Both the position numbers and the translations under genes were made by a program. A stretch of 64,000 nucleotides of DNA from Harriotta raleighana (taxonomy: Eukaryota): positions 6,270,465 through 6,334,464 of the forward strand of contig JBNZDD010013726.1 of the NCBI GenBank assembly GCA_050575255.1. The letters are read 5' to 3'. Shown piece by piece: positions 11,453 to 25,809 of this stretch (positions are counted from its first letter, which is position 1; each line of letters starts with the position of its first letter). The notes beneath the pieces are model-generated. The model was given only the letters and a program-made list of their open reading frames with translations, made no database searches and had not been told where the DNA came from.

Positions 11453-11701
11453 GAAACAAAAACAGAAGTCTCTTGGAAAAACTCAGCAGGTCAGGAAGCA
11501 TCTATGGAGAAAGGAAAAGTAATTCAACATTTCGGATCCACGACCCTTCATCAGAACTGTTCGTGTTCTGACAAAGGGTCGTGGATGCGAAACGTTGACT
11601 TACTTTTCCTTTCTCCATAGATGCTGCCTGACCTGTTGAGTGTTCCCAGCGACTTCTATTTTTGTTTCAGATTTACAGCTTCTGCAGTATTTTGCGTGTT
11701 T
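11453..11701. mobile_element. Palindromic Penelope-like-derived hairpin element nested in a DeuSINE (11385-11830)
   Basis: Arms 11453-11557 and 11565-11668 are inverted around a 7-nt loop. Hammerhead-like CTGATGA..GAAA cores. SINE sequence resumes on both sides. Confidence 0.75.
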
Positions 11702-14084
11702 GATATTATAAAATGAATTGACTGTATACTTTGTGGGCTAAACTCGGCAGCTAATTGTACACAGCAATGTCCCACAAACAGTCATGAATTCAGTAACCAT
11801 TTTTTAAAATCATTTTTTTAAATGGATTATTATGACCAGAAAAGCAATCCACGCATCCACTAATAACCGGGTTCCTACTTACTGCTAGCTAAACTGGCAT
11901 GTGGAATAATAAAACTTACCCAATGTTTCGCCCTGTTATGTTTGTGTTTAACGTGTATGGTAGAACAGAATGAATACAAGCACATAATTCTAATTGGAGA
12001 ATCATAAACTTACCTAAGAGCATTGGACTAATGCTTGTGTTTTCCATCTGTCATCAGATCTTTTCAGCTTCATCGTTTGGGACTAATTGGTTTGAGAGTT
12101 TTCTCAGCACACTTGGAAGTTACATCACTGTTTGAATTATGACCTGCAGTGTTTTTGATGCATTGTGATTAGATATCTAAAATCCTGGAAGTGGTGTGTA
12201 GAAATAACTCTACACGTGCAAGATGAGCCCACATAGATTTTGTGTTGCATTTTATAATTCTTTTACATTTGTATTTTAATACTTATTTAATTGCAAACTG
12301 TTCTATTTTAAAGGCTGGTTTTATGTTCCTAATTGCTGCAATCACATTTACTTTGTGGTACTTCTGACAAAATTGAGGCTATATTGCTGTAAGTTAAATG
12401 TGTGTAAGTTATTATTTTGAGTCATCTTGTTGTGCAGGACTGGCAATGACTGACTATAATTCATCTTTGCACATGACGTAGTAATTTAGTTTATAATGAC
12501 AATAGATGACAGCTAAGAATCTGAAGCTATTTACAATGCAGTGGTGGGTAGATGATGTCTGTCGGTGCTTAATTCCCACTGGAGCTTTTCATTCCACAAG
12601 TTAAAAAATTTGACTTCTTGGTGGAGGGGAAGTCTTGGTGTACTACTGCCATTAACTCCAATCAGAGAACTAGGGGTGTGACTCAATAATGATGCTTGTA
12701 TACATCATACAATAAATGATGATCATCAAGATGGTGATTAATTTTTAAAGTATCTTACTCTGAGGTGATTCTTTCCCCTAGAAATGTTTACTTGTGGCAG
12801 TATGTTTCCCTTTTTAGAAATTTCTGCCATCTTGTTTGGGCTGGCAACGTCAGGTTTATTTTTGGAGCTTATCTACGCTTGCTTCAGATCTTACCCCTGC
12901 CTGTATGGAAGACCTTGATGTTGCAATCTCAGTATTTCTCTTGTCATATACACACAGGATTAAAAAAAATTCTCCTGTGTTTCAGTAAGGTTTAGATACG
13001 TATTTGGTATTTCTGTATCAACATATCGAGGCTACGAAAAATAACTAATACTACTAAACAATTAGTAGTTGTTGCCTATATTGCAAGACCTGAGGAATAC
13101 CATAGATTCCTTTGCCAGTATCTGATTTTTTTAAAAAACACAGCAAATTGTTTCTTTTAATTTTTTGCTCAAGAGCTTGCTGCCTGCAAGCCAAAAATAT
13201 ATTAGGGTAGGAGCTTTCAGGTCCAGGCTAAAAAGAATGCATTCTTCATGCAGGATATTATATGGAGTAAAAGTTTCTTTGCATCCCATTACATCTGAAT
13301 TACCTTTTGCAGCTCCATATTTAAAACTATTTTCAGTCAGAAGGCTTTTAAATTGGTTACCAACCCGTTATGAATTCAAATGTTAACTAAAACATTTGAC
13401 CATGCATGTAACACTACCTTCAATACATATATTGAGTACTGAGATGGTTGCCCACACTTTTGAGTCCAATTGAGATACCATCCCAATTAACAAAGATACA
13501 GATAATATTTATACAGAAAGAGGAACTTATCTACCATTCAGTTGTTATCATTTTACCTTTATTTAGATTTGAACTGATCATCTCATTCATTTGATTATTT
13601 CTGGTCCATTGTTCACAGATAAATTGCTTTTGTAGGGTCAGTAGTTGATTAGCAGTTTAAACTTTGTATTTTACTGTTGTCAAATAAGTTCAAGTACATT
13701 TTGTATTCTGGAAATTTTAAGAAAAAGCAAGATAATTAAGATCCAAGCTCAAATAAATAAGAATTTCCTAACATTGAGAGTATAATGTACAGTTTTATTT
13801 TATCAGAGCAACTAGCATCTAATTAGTTTGTAATGAATCCCAAATTTTCATGTTTTGGGGAGTATTCTTTTCTAATCTGGTGTCAGCCATACTCAAGAAT
13901 TACTTGGTGTGCTCAGCCATTGGTTATTTGTTTACTTTTTGCAAATTTGTTTGCTTCAGTTTTCATTGCTTGAATAAAAGTAGCTTTCAGGAAAAGGGTT
14001 GCAAGTGGAGTTGTGCATTAGGGTGGCTATTGTTCGTGATCTGGTTGTTGAATCGAGTTTTGGGTTTGCATGTTCAGCGAGTTT

Positions 14085-14300
14085 TTTTTTTCTACGTTCT
14101 ATATCTTGGACCCTCCTCGCCATCAGTGGCTGTGGTTTCAGCCACTACGCACCAAAGTTGTGGAGTAGTCCCTCAAACCGTTCTCAATGCTCCGTTCTCT
14201 CCCCAGAGAATTTAAAGCCCTGCCTCTTCAAACGTGCCTACAGTCACCTACCCTCCCCCTAGTTCCACATCAATTAAGTTTTCCGAAATGCTTGTTGTCG
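14085..14300 (+). mobile_element. Old L2 LINE 3' fragment
   Basis: TTCAGCCACTACGCACCAAAGTTGTGGAGTAGTCCCT...CTCTTCAAACGTGCCT resembles the L2 copy at 16540-16660. Confidence 0.55.
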
Positions 14301-16133
14301 TTGTTACAATAAAGGAATGATTTTTAATTATCAGGAAACCAGAAGTGTAGGATTTTCCTTCTAACATTTACAAAGTATTATTTCTAGTACTAGTACCAAT
14401 TGTGGCTTACTGAACATTTAACCATGTGTGGGAAAATTTTACTTCATGAATCTTTATGAAACTGATTGCGCCAATTAAGATAGTCTCAGTATGAGTGTGC
14501 CTGATATGGTTTCAAGAGTGTGGAATGCAAATACATATCTGGAACACCAAGGGAATGATTATGCCCCAAATTAAATACAATAGCTTTTTTTTGCAATGCT
14601 GTATTAGATAATATGAATTGTTTGAGCAGGTACAAGTTTGATAACTGGGAATCAATTAATGTTGGTGATGCTAATTAAGTTTTTTTAATGAGTACCAAAA
14701 CTTAGAAAGTGGATAATTATATGGCTAGCTTTTCAAAAGCAATACTTGCATGATGCTGTAAAATAGTTTTTTTTAAGTTAGAATATCAAATAACAGATTA
14801 ACATTCTTTTATTTAATGTTTTGCTTATCAATTCAAAAAGTCAACATATTTTCTCTCAATGTAGTTGCATAAACAATGAAGATTTTGTAGCAGTGTAATG
14901 TATGGCTCATTTCCTGATATATGTGGGTTTAAGAAAAGTCTTAATGTCTGTTATGTAAATGCTTGCTTTATGGTTGAGGTGGCAACTGTGGTAAATCCTA
15001 TTTATGCTTCACAGTATAGCCTTCAGATGAGGGGTTTTCTTTTTAGATTGCAGCTGTCACAGTGATTTATAACAGGAAGCAAGTCTTATCGTGTGCAACC
15101 AGAAGTATGGATTGTAGTTTTGAGTAGTGTACTTGGTCTCTAAAATTGGTCTGTGTTTTAACTGTTGCACGTTGCAATCAACAAATAATCAATGACTGTT
15201 CTGTAAAATGTACAAATTAGATAATTTAAATATTTTAGATCAATTTTTTCCAATGGTGTAAGCAAGAAATAGTCCAGCGGACATGAGCAAATATGATAAA
15301 ATAATACTGCAGAAACACAAAATGTATACTGTAAATGAGCTTGGTATACCTTTTTGTATATACTGTACTGACTAAGGCATGGTTGACTTGAGTCTGTACA
15401 GTATCCTGTAAGTAATGCATGCAACACTGTAAGCCTTTGTATAATTATATATCAAATGCAAGGATTGTTATTATTTACTGCCTTTACTGTGTTTAATGCA
15501 ATAAATATACAATATATTCTGATAATTCAGTTTATCAGAAGAAATTGTATATCTGCATGGCTGCCTCCAATTAATGCACATACCTGTATAAAACACATCT
15601 AGAATAGTGCTGGCATTAATCAATAAAACATGAAGCTCAATCCTTCAAGCTGAAATGGGTGGGGCACATTTATTTGGAGAGGTACAATACTGTGTTGACA
15701 TTTCTATGAGTATTACACAGAATTTATAATTGGGCAGCTCACGATCAAATTATCCTTGAGTTACAAAGGTCATCTTGACTAAAATAATTCTATATTTCCT
15801 TAATATTATAAAGGGTAGTCGTGTGCATCTGTACAGTAGTGTTTATATATTAAAACATTGCACACTATATAAAACAGGTGCAACAATCTCATACTTTCTA
15901 CTGTGTACGTTGTTAGGTTTCTATTTAATTATTTTTATTATCATAGAATTGTGCATTATTACAATTCAAATAGTGATTGATTTCACTTTTGACTAACAAC
16001 TTGTTTTAAATACACAGTAAAGTAAAATATTTTTAACAGTAAATACATTTGATTGGTTCTATTGATTGGGCACTGTGCAGTGGAATACATTTTGTATATT
16101 TGCATTTAAAGTATTAGTATTTCACTAATAATA

Positions 16134-16771
16134 ATCCGTCGGATCCACCTCCGCCAATACCTCACCCCAAAAGCCGCTGAAACCCTGGTCCACGCCTTTG
16201 TCACCTCTCAGCTNGACTATTGCAATGCTCCCCACTCCGGTCTCCCCACCTCCATAATCCACGGAGTCCAGTTTATCCAAAACTCTGCCGCTCGCGTTCT
16301 CAAGGGGACATGGGCACCAAACGTCACTCCCCCATTATCCCAGTCGTTGCCAGGCTTCACTGGCTCCCTATCCCAGAGAGGATTGATTTCAAGATCCTCA
16401 CCCTCATCTTCAAATCCCTCCATTCCTCTGCACCCCCCTACCTCTCTGACCTCTCTCCTCAACCCAGCACCTGTTGCCTTTGCTCCATCGGGTCTGGCCT
16501 CCTCCATGTCCCCTGAATGCTCCACTCCACCCTCGGCGGCCATGCCTTCAGCCACTATGCCCTGCGGCTCTGGAATTCCCTTCCTCACTCTCTACGTCTC
16601 GCTCCGTCTTTTTCCAATTTCAGGTCCCAGCTGAAGACCTTTCTCTTCGACCACGCCTTTGGTCACCTTTCTAGCACTACACCTGGCTCGGTCCCAGGAT
16701 CTGCTATTGTGAAGCACTCTTAAGACGCCGTCTGGCATGGAGGGCGCTATATAAATCGAAGTTGTTGTTGT
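16134..16771 (+). mobile_element. L2-clade LINE 3' end (degenerate ORF2 C-terminus plus tail)
   Basis: Translates to YLTPKAAETLVHAFVTSQLDYCNA..LHWLPIPERIDFKILTLIFKSLH..APPYLSDL..AFSHYALRLWNSLP; ends GGCGCTATATAAAT..(GTT)n. Confidence 0.92.
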
Positions 16772-17755
16772 ATTTCAGGGGGAAATAATGACCAGTATAA
16801 TGATAAATTGCAAATGTGCCCCACAATTAAACTGTTGAGTTACTTTGACCTGGGGTTAGAGAGATAGAAATTGTTTTAACATTTTCTTAAATAAGTCATC
16901 TTGGACACTGTGGATCTGGCTCTTTGTTTAAGTTATGGCACTTTTCTTCATCAGGCTTGTTGTTGGTCAAAGCAGGCTTCATCTGCTAGATCCAGGTGAA
17001 CTATTGACAAAGCCCATATATTTGAATATGATACCAACCATTTATTTTATTAGCACTGAAATTAAACATGAAACATTATGGAGTGTATGCCTTGGTACTG
17101 CACTAAGCCATACCTTTTATCTACTAAGCTAGCTGAAGAGCTGGAATGTACCTTTTAATAACAACTGACCTACAGTACTGATGTCAGTTCTGGATTTGCT
17201 AGTACAGAAATGCAGAACCACTTGAAATGGTTCGCCATTAAAGGTAATTCAGCACTGTGCTGATCTATTTTTGGTCTACAGTTTAATTGAGCAATCAAAA
17301 CTGAATAGGATTATATACATTTGATGTAGCCGTTATGTCTATTGCACAAAATTGTTTTTTACTCATAGAAGCATGGCAAACAAAGTGGAGGAGAATTAAA
17401 ATTGCTGTAGTTTTTTGTTCCTGTTCTTGATTGAAATATTGGTGTTTTGTCGATATTGCATAATTCTAGAACTTATTGAGTCTGAAATCCAAATTTCAGG
17501 CCTAGAGCAGGAAACAAACTGGTGACTATAATTAGTTTGCAGGAATATGTTTCTAAAAGGATGGTGGCAAAGACTTCCTCCTCATTGGAGTTAAATATGT
17601 CTGCTTCAGATAATAGGATGACTACTACAGAGTAACTAGAAAGAAACTAATCTCCACAGTTTACCGATAGTATCTCTTGGATTTGACTACTCACTTGGTT
17701 TCTATTAATTAAATACTGATGTACAGGATTCTTTGTTGTTCTTAACCTTTTGTAA

Positions 17756-17845
<90 letters not shown>

Positions 17846-19841
17846 TAAGTCCTTTTATTTATACTTAATTTTCATTATTTTAATCCTATGAACATTCTGC
17901 TGTCTATTCAAGTAAATTTGTTTTTTGGGGATACTAATTATAGTATAGAAGTTGGTAGAAGTGTTACAAAACATGTGTGCAATCATTTGGGACAACCCAT
18001 GCCCCTCTTTCAGAGTTCACTTTTTCACATTTTTATCTTCATACCAAGCTATGGATTCTGCTTTCTCCAAGATTAATTCTGTCCTACAGCTTGGATTAGC
18101 AAAATTTAATTGCTGCTTAAAATCAACCTGAACTAAAAAATGTAATGTTTGTGGGAAGTCTAAAAATTCCAATAGAAGTTGTAAATTTTTCATTTGGCAT
18201 TTTGAAAGAATTCTAATATGTCTTGGTTGGCCAGTTTTCTAATGGTGCAGCTAAGGCTTTGATGCTTTATTTTCCGGAAAGGTTTTTGTTGGCTACAGAC
18301 AGGTTACCAATATTTTTAAATAGCTTGAACTATAGAAAATAACTACACCTCATTTTATTCATGCACCATGTATCTGTCTGTTTATCCGCATAAATCACTA
18401 AAACAAAAATTAGAAACAGTGCATGCGAGATGCCAGTAAAAATACTGTTGGGTGAAGTTTCTAAGGGATAAGAAGTAGAGATATTGAAGAAGTGGAAAGT
18501 TATAGGGAGATGAGGAAACAGAAGTGATGAAAAGGAAAGGTTGTTGGTCCCGATTAGCTGTTTACTGTTTTATCTTATCCCGGAACCCCCAATGGTTTAG
18601 TATCACAACCTATTTAGTATAAAATCAAATGGTTTGAATCCTATTTAGGAGATATAGTTAACTTTGAACTAATTTTATCATTCAGAACAATGAGTCAGAT
18701 TTGGATCTCTGTTTTATTAATTATCCACTGGAGCTATCAACAGCTAAAATAAATTGCATTTGTAAACAGCCTTTCATTTGGGACAATCTACCTGGAGTGC
18801 TCTTCAGTTAACAATATCCTACACTAATCCCATTTTTCTGCATTGTGTTCACTACTTTTGTCAATGAAAGGTTACTTTGAACTGAACTAGGAAGTGCAGT
18901 GGTTCTGGTAGTACAGTAATTAATGAAGTTTAAGCAGTTTCTAATCAACAAGACATTCAAATTGAATCCATAAATATTCTACCTAGTTTCTTTAAAATGT
19001 ACAAAATACAGTTTCTAAAGCACTTAGGATGTTTCGTAAAACCCCAACCTGTGTCACAACAGCATGTGATCTTATTCACTACGTACAAAGTACTCACAAT
19101 AAGACAGTGGCAACTCATTGGCCTAGAAGTTCGCCATTTAGCGCACAGGAAGCCTTGGGTCCACAGGGCACCCATTTTATTAACAAGCAACCGTTCTAAA
19201 GAGGTGGGTTATCCTGTATGTTCTGTAAGCAAGATCATGCAGATAACACCATAGTACAGTAATAGGTTAGAATTTAACTTGTGTGACTAGGCTTACCAAT
19301 ATCGAAATAACTATCTGGAAAAAAACCATATGCAGTATGTTTTTAAAGAATATATCAGGATTTTAAAATATTGCCCAATCCATATTTGAAATATAAAAAA
19401 GAAACTGTTGTAAAATGTCTGCAGTTTCCATGGATGCCAATCAGGAAATGGTTTGATGGGATAATTCAGTTTGAGCTGAGTATTAAATTTCTGCATTGGC
19501 AGTATTCCAATCTGTAGGATTCCCTATGAAGCTACTCATTGATGCTTCTCTTGTTTATGCAGAGCTCCCTGTGGAAAGGTGTGGGGGAGAAAACTAAAAC
19601 TAAAGAGCTCCCTCAGGATTGATCATAGTTTTGGATTGATTTTGTTGAATTATTCAATGGTGCAGAAAATTTGGTGTATACCACAGTATTGAATTTGGGT
19701 TTCTTCAATGTTTCTTGATCAGCATTCAGAACCAGAAAACGAATTCTGATGGTGTTGCTTATTACAAAAATGATCACTTATTTCCTATCGTTCTAAGAGA
19801 CCTTAATGGCATGGCTCTATGGAGATGGAGCTAACAACATA

Positions 19842-20650
19842 CAGTAAAACCTCGTTTATCCAGCACCCACGGGACCTGGCCAGTGGCGGTTAAACGGTTT
19901 TTCCGGTTGAATTGATTTTTTTTTCAAAATTCAAAATTATTTTAACACATACCATATTAATAACAGACTAAATAATAACAGAATATTCTATTAGTACATT
20001 ATTATTTATACTTAACTGCGCAATCACAGTACTGGTTCGACATAAGTAAAAAAAACGCAACTTTAAAAAGCAAACGAGTTTAAACCTAACGGCCAGCGCG
20101 CACGCGTCCACACACACCCACACACACACATAGACACACACACACCCTCAAAGATATTCAGTCTGAAACCATCATATAAATTCTGTCCCACTTCTCCTTT
20201 TCCTCTCTCCCTCCCTCTCTCTGTATCAACCTTCTCGTATCACTCTCGCTCTCTCTCGCTCCATTTTGCTTTCCTTCAACTCAGTCTCAGAGAGAGAGAC
20301 TGAGAGAGAGAGACAGCGAGAGATACTGTGATTGGGGGAAAGAGAGAGAGACTGTGGTTGGGGGAGAGTGAGTGTGAGAGAGACTGTGATTGGGGGAGAG
20401 AGTGTATGAGAGAGAGAGAGACTGTGATTGGGGGAAAGAGGGAGAGAGAGAGACACGCCCCCTTTGGAGCCCATGCTCCAAGCGAACGAGGTAAAACCGC
20501 AACTTTTAAAAGGACCCGGAACGAGTTTAGATCCGACATTAAACGCGTCACCGGATCACTTCTGGTTAATCGAATCGGGACCTTTTTTTTGAGATGGCGG
20601 TTGAACGGGTTTTCTGATCATTCGAGTCACAGATAAACAAGCTTTTACTG
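19842..20650. mobile_element. Tigger/pogo-like (Tc1-mariner) non-autonomous element with internal simple repeats
   Basis: TA|CAGTAAAACCTCGTTTATC ... GATAAACAAGCTTTTACTG|TA: imperfect TIRs with TA target duplication. Internal (CA)n, (CT)n and GAGAGAGACTGTGATTGGGG repeats. Confidence 0.85.
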
Positions 20651-23600
20651 TATATTTAAAATATCTTCCAAGAGAGCTAAAAACTTTTTCCTAATTCGTC
20701 TGGATAGAAGTCTTTTTTTCTTGTTGCGTTTGTTTAATATCAACAATATCAATGTGTGTGTAGGCTCCACCATCCTTCCTGGTAACCATTCCAGTCACTG
20801 ATAATCCTTTGTTTGGTATAAGGAAATATTTCCTGATTTCTATCCTAAAATTTCTTAACCACCCTGTATGTATGTCCTCTTAATCCTGCTGCTTTGGAGT
20901 TTCTGAACTTATTGTTGCATTTTACTTTATACTGCCTGGTGCATTGAAGCAGGGCTGCTCTGATACCAGCCAGTTAATTGTATGACTTGATATTTGCAAC
21001 TTCTTTAAGAATCATATTACATAATCATATTTTAAGACCCAATTTTCTAAAATTTTGTTGCCCTTTATCACAGGTGAGGTATCTTATCCAGTTGGGTCAC
21101 TGCTCTGGCCACCTGTCTGCTTAAGCAATTTCAGAGGGAACCTTTTAACCTTCCCTTGTAAACGTATTTCACTGTGTGTCCATTCTACTGGCATCTGTTG
21201 AATTGCTTTAGTTTCTGCACCAGAAAACATCATCCAACCAGCATGTGCTAAATTTACTTATACAGCCTCATAAAGAAATTAAGTCTCGCGATTTGGAAAA
21301 GACATCTCCTAACATTCGTCAATGTGTGTACTTTCTGCAACGTAATCCATTTGACCTTATTCACCATTGATTAGCTACTTACTTTGAAAAGCTTCCATTC
21401 CCGGTAGCTCAAGCACCAATGTTCTCTACAGAACGTTTGATTTTTTTTTATTGGTGCTTATTTATCCTCTTTATTGCCAGAGTCCCATGCTTTAGTCCTA
21501 TCTTTATCAAAGTATTCATCCAGATTTTATTTCAGAAAGAATTAATTGATGCTGCTTTAACTGATTTTATGCACAAACTTACTACTGTAATTGGGGGAGA
21601 GGATGGGAAATCTTGCTCCCAGAAAGAAAAATACAGCAGAAGTTGGTTCAGGTAATATTGTACTACCTGTGTATAGATTTTTTTTTAAATTAAAACCTTT
21701 TAATTATGCAAATGTAGTTCAGGTCTGTACAAATGATCTATTTATGTCCTGTTTATACTGCTAGGAAACAAACAATATTGCTTCTAACAGTACAGTAATG
21801 TAGTGTGGTTTAAAATTCTGTTCATAGCATGTTGGTCAGGGAACTTTTGTTGGTGATGTATGCAACTTGCACAAAATCTTAAGATATTTTAAAAATCATA
21901 TCAAAGAGCAGTTGCAAGTCATTACATTTTAAAATGGTTTGTTAGAAGTTATTGGAATGTTTTTAAGCATCTATTAGGAGCAGAATCTGAATTACTTTTC
22001 ACCAACTACGTTTAGACTCCAAAACGGCTCCTTTAGGTGTTCGTAGCAGCTGGGCTCCAGTGCGGAATCACACCTCACAAAACTGATTTATACTGCATCT
22101 CCAATTGTTGCAGCATTTTAATTCTAATGCACAATGATGTTTACTTTAGAATGGTACGATTAGACTTCAGTAGACTGAAAATTAACTCTAGCCTTTCATA
22201 AAATTGGTAATTGTCAGACATCACTGATTAATTGGAACCTCAATTGTATTTGGATTTTGGTGCATCTATACAGTATTGCTAATTTCTGGTTCTACAGTAT
22301 TGAACTCAGATTTACAGCTTGAATCTCTGTAAGAGGTTTTTATACCAGTGAAATTTACACTGCTAATGGTATGAAGCCAAAAACAATACTAAAGCAGCTT
22401 AGGTTGGGGGCTTCTTACCATACACCAGCAGTGTGCTTTTGCCAGTATTGTGCAAGTAATTTTGCAGCAATAATTTGAATTGCTTTATGCAGATCATAAC
22501 CTATCTTTCTTTGAATTTTTTGTGTGGAAAGGGGAACTCTATAGATCAACTGAGAAACTTGTTTTATAGTTTAAACTCGAGCTTTTCAAATTAACAGACT
22601 TGAATGGTTAAATAAGTTAGCTGTATTTGAACTTGATTTGACCCTTGTGTTGCATTGTCCAAATAACTTCCTCCTGTTTTCAAACAGGACATGTGTCATA
22701 GAGACATACAATGGTGCAGCCATGTTATTAGCAGGATTCTGTTAACAGAAAAGATTAGAGATGCTGAAAAAAAGTTTTTAATTTGAATGGAAAAGCTAAA
22801 AAATGAAAGGGAAAACAAATGTATCATTAAAAATGTATTTTGTGGGAGTTTTTTATACAAATCTGACCAGGAAACCTGGGCACTTTTTTGTGGAATAACA
22901 CAGTTTTTTCTGTGTGTTTCTACACATTAGTTGGGAAATTGTTTGAAAACGAGAATTAGATATGTAATAACAGGGTAGATTTCCAGCTCTCCTTATTTTT
23001 GGATAGACCAACAGTTCTTGCATCCCTCAAGTTGTTGCAAATACAGTATATCTCTATGTATATATTTAAAACAAAACTGACTATTCAAATCAGGTGTTAC
23101 TTAAACATATGATCAACAAATAATTCCCTTAATCCTAATCATAAAATACCTTTGATTTCTGAAATACTCTGAAAGAGTTTACATCTTCCATTAGGCCAAA
23201 CTTATTTTAGAAAATAATCCTACCCAGTTCATAGGTATAAGTGCCTGTGCCAAATAGCACTGTTAAATGAACAAAGTACTGTTATAAGGTAGGATTAAAG
23301 AAAATACAGTATCTACATATCTATAGTTTGATATTGTGTGCAAATTGACTACCACATTCACCTGCATAATTCAGTTACACCAATTTACAGTGTGTCCTGT
23401 GAAGGGTTTTAAGACATTTTGGCGACTGAATAGGTTGGGAGGGAGGAGAGGTAGAATCTGACAATCTAGAGCCTCAGTTGCCGGTGGAAGCAGTAAATAA
23501 CAGCCCTGTGAATTGCATTGTATGTTGGTCAGACCACAGGTTTCATATGACCTCAAGATTATTGAATCTACAAACAGTAACCATGCCTAGGAAAGGAATA

Positions 23601-24146
23601 AGATTTGCTTTGAATATTAATATTCTGCTAAATAACCCACGGATTACCTTCTTATATGGCATTTGGGGGCTAATTCAGTTTGAATTGCTTATGGAGCAAA
23701 TATGGAGATTGCATTTGCGTTTGAAATCTACTTCTCATTATCTCTGACGAATGATGCCATTCACTGTTTTTTTGCTAGAGCCCTGCATCTATGATTTTGA
23801 TTGGTGTATTTTTAAAAAAAATTAGGACTACACGGAAAATATGGCCACAATGGCATCCCAGAGATCTTAAAAGTCCCATAGATATCTGAGCAAATCATGA
23901 TTCCAAGAGGTGAATTGTTGATAGAAAGGAACATTGAATGTTTTATGATTAGGATAATCTCTTCAGTGATGGTGTCACCAGCAGCTGTTCAATTTAATCC
24001 AAACATCCCTAGTTTTAAAAGGAAGCATGCATGTTGTCTTTTTATGAAGTTGTCTAAATTTAACTTATCTACTATTAAACTGGTAACAAAAAGAAGAAGG
24101 AATGGCTATGGGGCTATGTAGCCCATTAAAAGCAATTTGACTACTA

Positions 24147-24450
24147 CAGTAAAAGCCCGTTTATCTGTGACTCAATGAACCAGAAAACCCATTGAACCAA
24201 CACCTCAAAAAAGTCCCGATTCGGAAGTTATCCGGCAGAATAGCGATGACGCATTTAATGAATCGATTGTCGCACACAAGTACTGTGCCCGTATATTGGC
24301 TGGCCACTAGTCGGCCTAAAGTCGCGCTACTGCCGTTTTGTTTTCCTCCCGGGATGGCCATTGTAGAAGTTAAGTATAAATAATAAAGTACTAATACAAT
24401 ATTCTGTTATTATGGTATCTGTTGTTAGTGTATTTAGACTTATTTATATA
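24147..24450. mobile_element. Truncated copy of the same Tigger-like MITE family
   Basis: TA|CAGTAAAAGCCCGTTTATCTGTGACTC matches the reverse complement of the right end of the 19842 element. Confidence 0.75.
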
Positions 24451-24605
24451 GTATTGTTTGACATTTACAATATTTCTGACACAATTAATCACTTTGTTGA
24501 TAAATAGTTTTCTAATGATTTACAAATGATGGTCCAATGTTTACTTCTAAATATTTCATTTGAAACTTTAGAAAGAATTAGATTAACTATTTTTGTTTGA
24601 CCTAG

Positions 24606-24650
24606 GTTCCTGGATGCAAAACATAAAAACCATTACAAGATATACAACCT
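24606..24650 (+). CDS. PTEN: PTEN coding exon 3 (FLDAKHKNHYKIYNL)
   Basis: tag|...|gtaagt; 45 nt. Confidence 0.98.
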
Positions 24651-25809
24651 GTAAGTATTTCTTTACATTATTATGACCTCCCTTGTTTGAAGATGTTACT
24701 AGATCAACTCAAAACAATTATATAATTAAAATATACTGTTTTTGAAAGTGGAAATATGTTTAACATATGTTCAATGTAAATGTTAAGGCTGATGTGAACT
24801 CTTTGATTGGAATATTTTTTTTCGTTTGTTTTGCTTTTGTGAACAATCACTGGAATTATTCTATATACGAATCTGAATTTAAACCTGGGTATCCAAATCT
24901 AGTAATAATGAGATGTAATGGCATGAACCAAGGTGTAAAACATTAATTAAATAGAATTGGAGTGAAAAGCAATAGTTCAAATGCTGGTAGTTGGGTAATG
25001 CAGAATTTGGCACTGAAATGCCTGGAGGAGAAAGGGTTGATTGAGGGAGGTTGGGAGTTCCACGGTCTTGACGTTTGAGTAACAAACAATGCAGTGTTTT
25101 CGTCTTAATCTATGTGTGCATATTTAGAGCTGAACAAGAGGAAAGTAGGGACATTTGAAGAAGCAATAAACATAATATAGTAGTTTCGAAAAAGAGGAAA
25201 GTGTTCTGATAAAAGATTGAAGGGTAACAACAAAATTACATTCATGTAATGCCTTTCATAGAGGGGATACTAGGATCCTCTGTAATTTTAATGGAACCTC
25301 ATCTGACATGGAAGCTGTATTTAAGTCTCGGAGTGACTGAAACTTTATAGCACGGTAACAGTTGTCAAAAGAAAAATAATTTAGTATGAAAGTAGAATAA
25401 TTTACTATGAAAGTAGAGCTTCTAGAAGGCAACTTAAGTGGTGGAGCAAATGTGGAAGTCTTATTCAGATCTGCAGACATGGGCCAGGAATGTGAATAGA
25501 TGAAGAATTTCTACAGTAGGAGTCACCAAATGTAAATGTATTGTGAGATCCTTGATTGATTGCCCTGCTAGAAGGACTTCTAGAATACCGTCAAAGGGAC
25601 TTTGGTTATATTTTTCTTGAGACAAGGGAGTATCTTTAGCAAAATGTGTCCTACCAAATCCCGAGTTTGTTTAAAAACAACACAAGATCAGGCCTGTTTC
25701 CAGGGATCAGCTGCCAAATTTGGGAAGTAGTGATGGTTACTGGCAGAGGCCTTATTTGCTCCGTACCAGCCCATACAGCACACCTCTACTCATTTGGGCA
25801 TGTTTTGTA

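Noticed and set aside
16217-16723. Cluster of 66-123 aa ORFs in intron 1, and similar ORFs at 41210-41597 and 50605-50943
   Set aside because: These are frames and antisense frames of degenerate L2 ORF2 fragments, not host genes.
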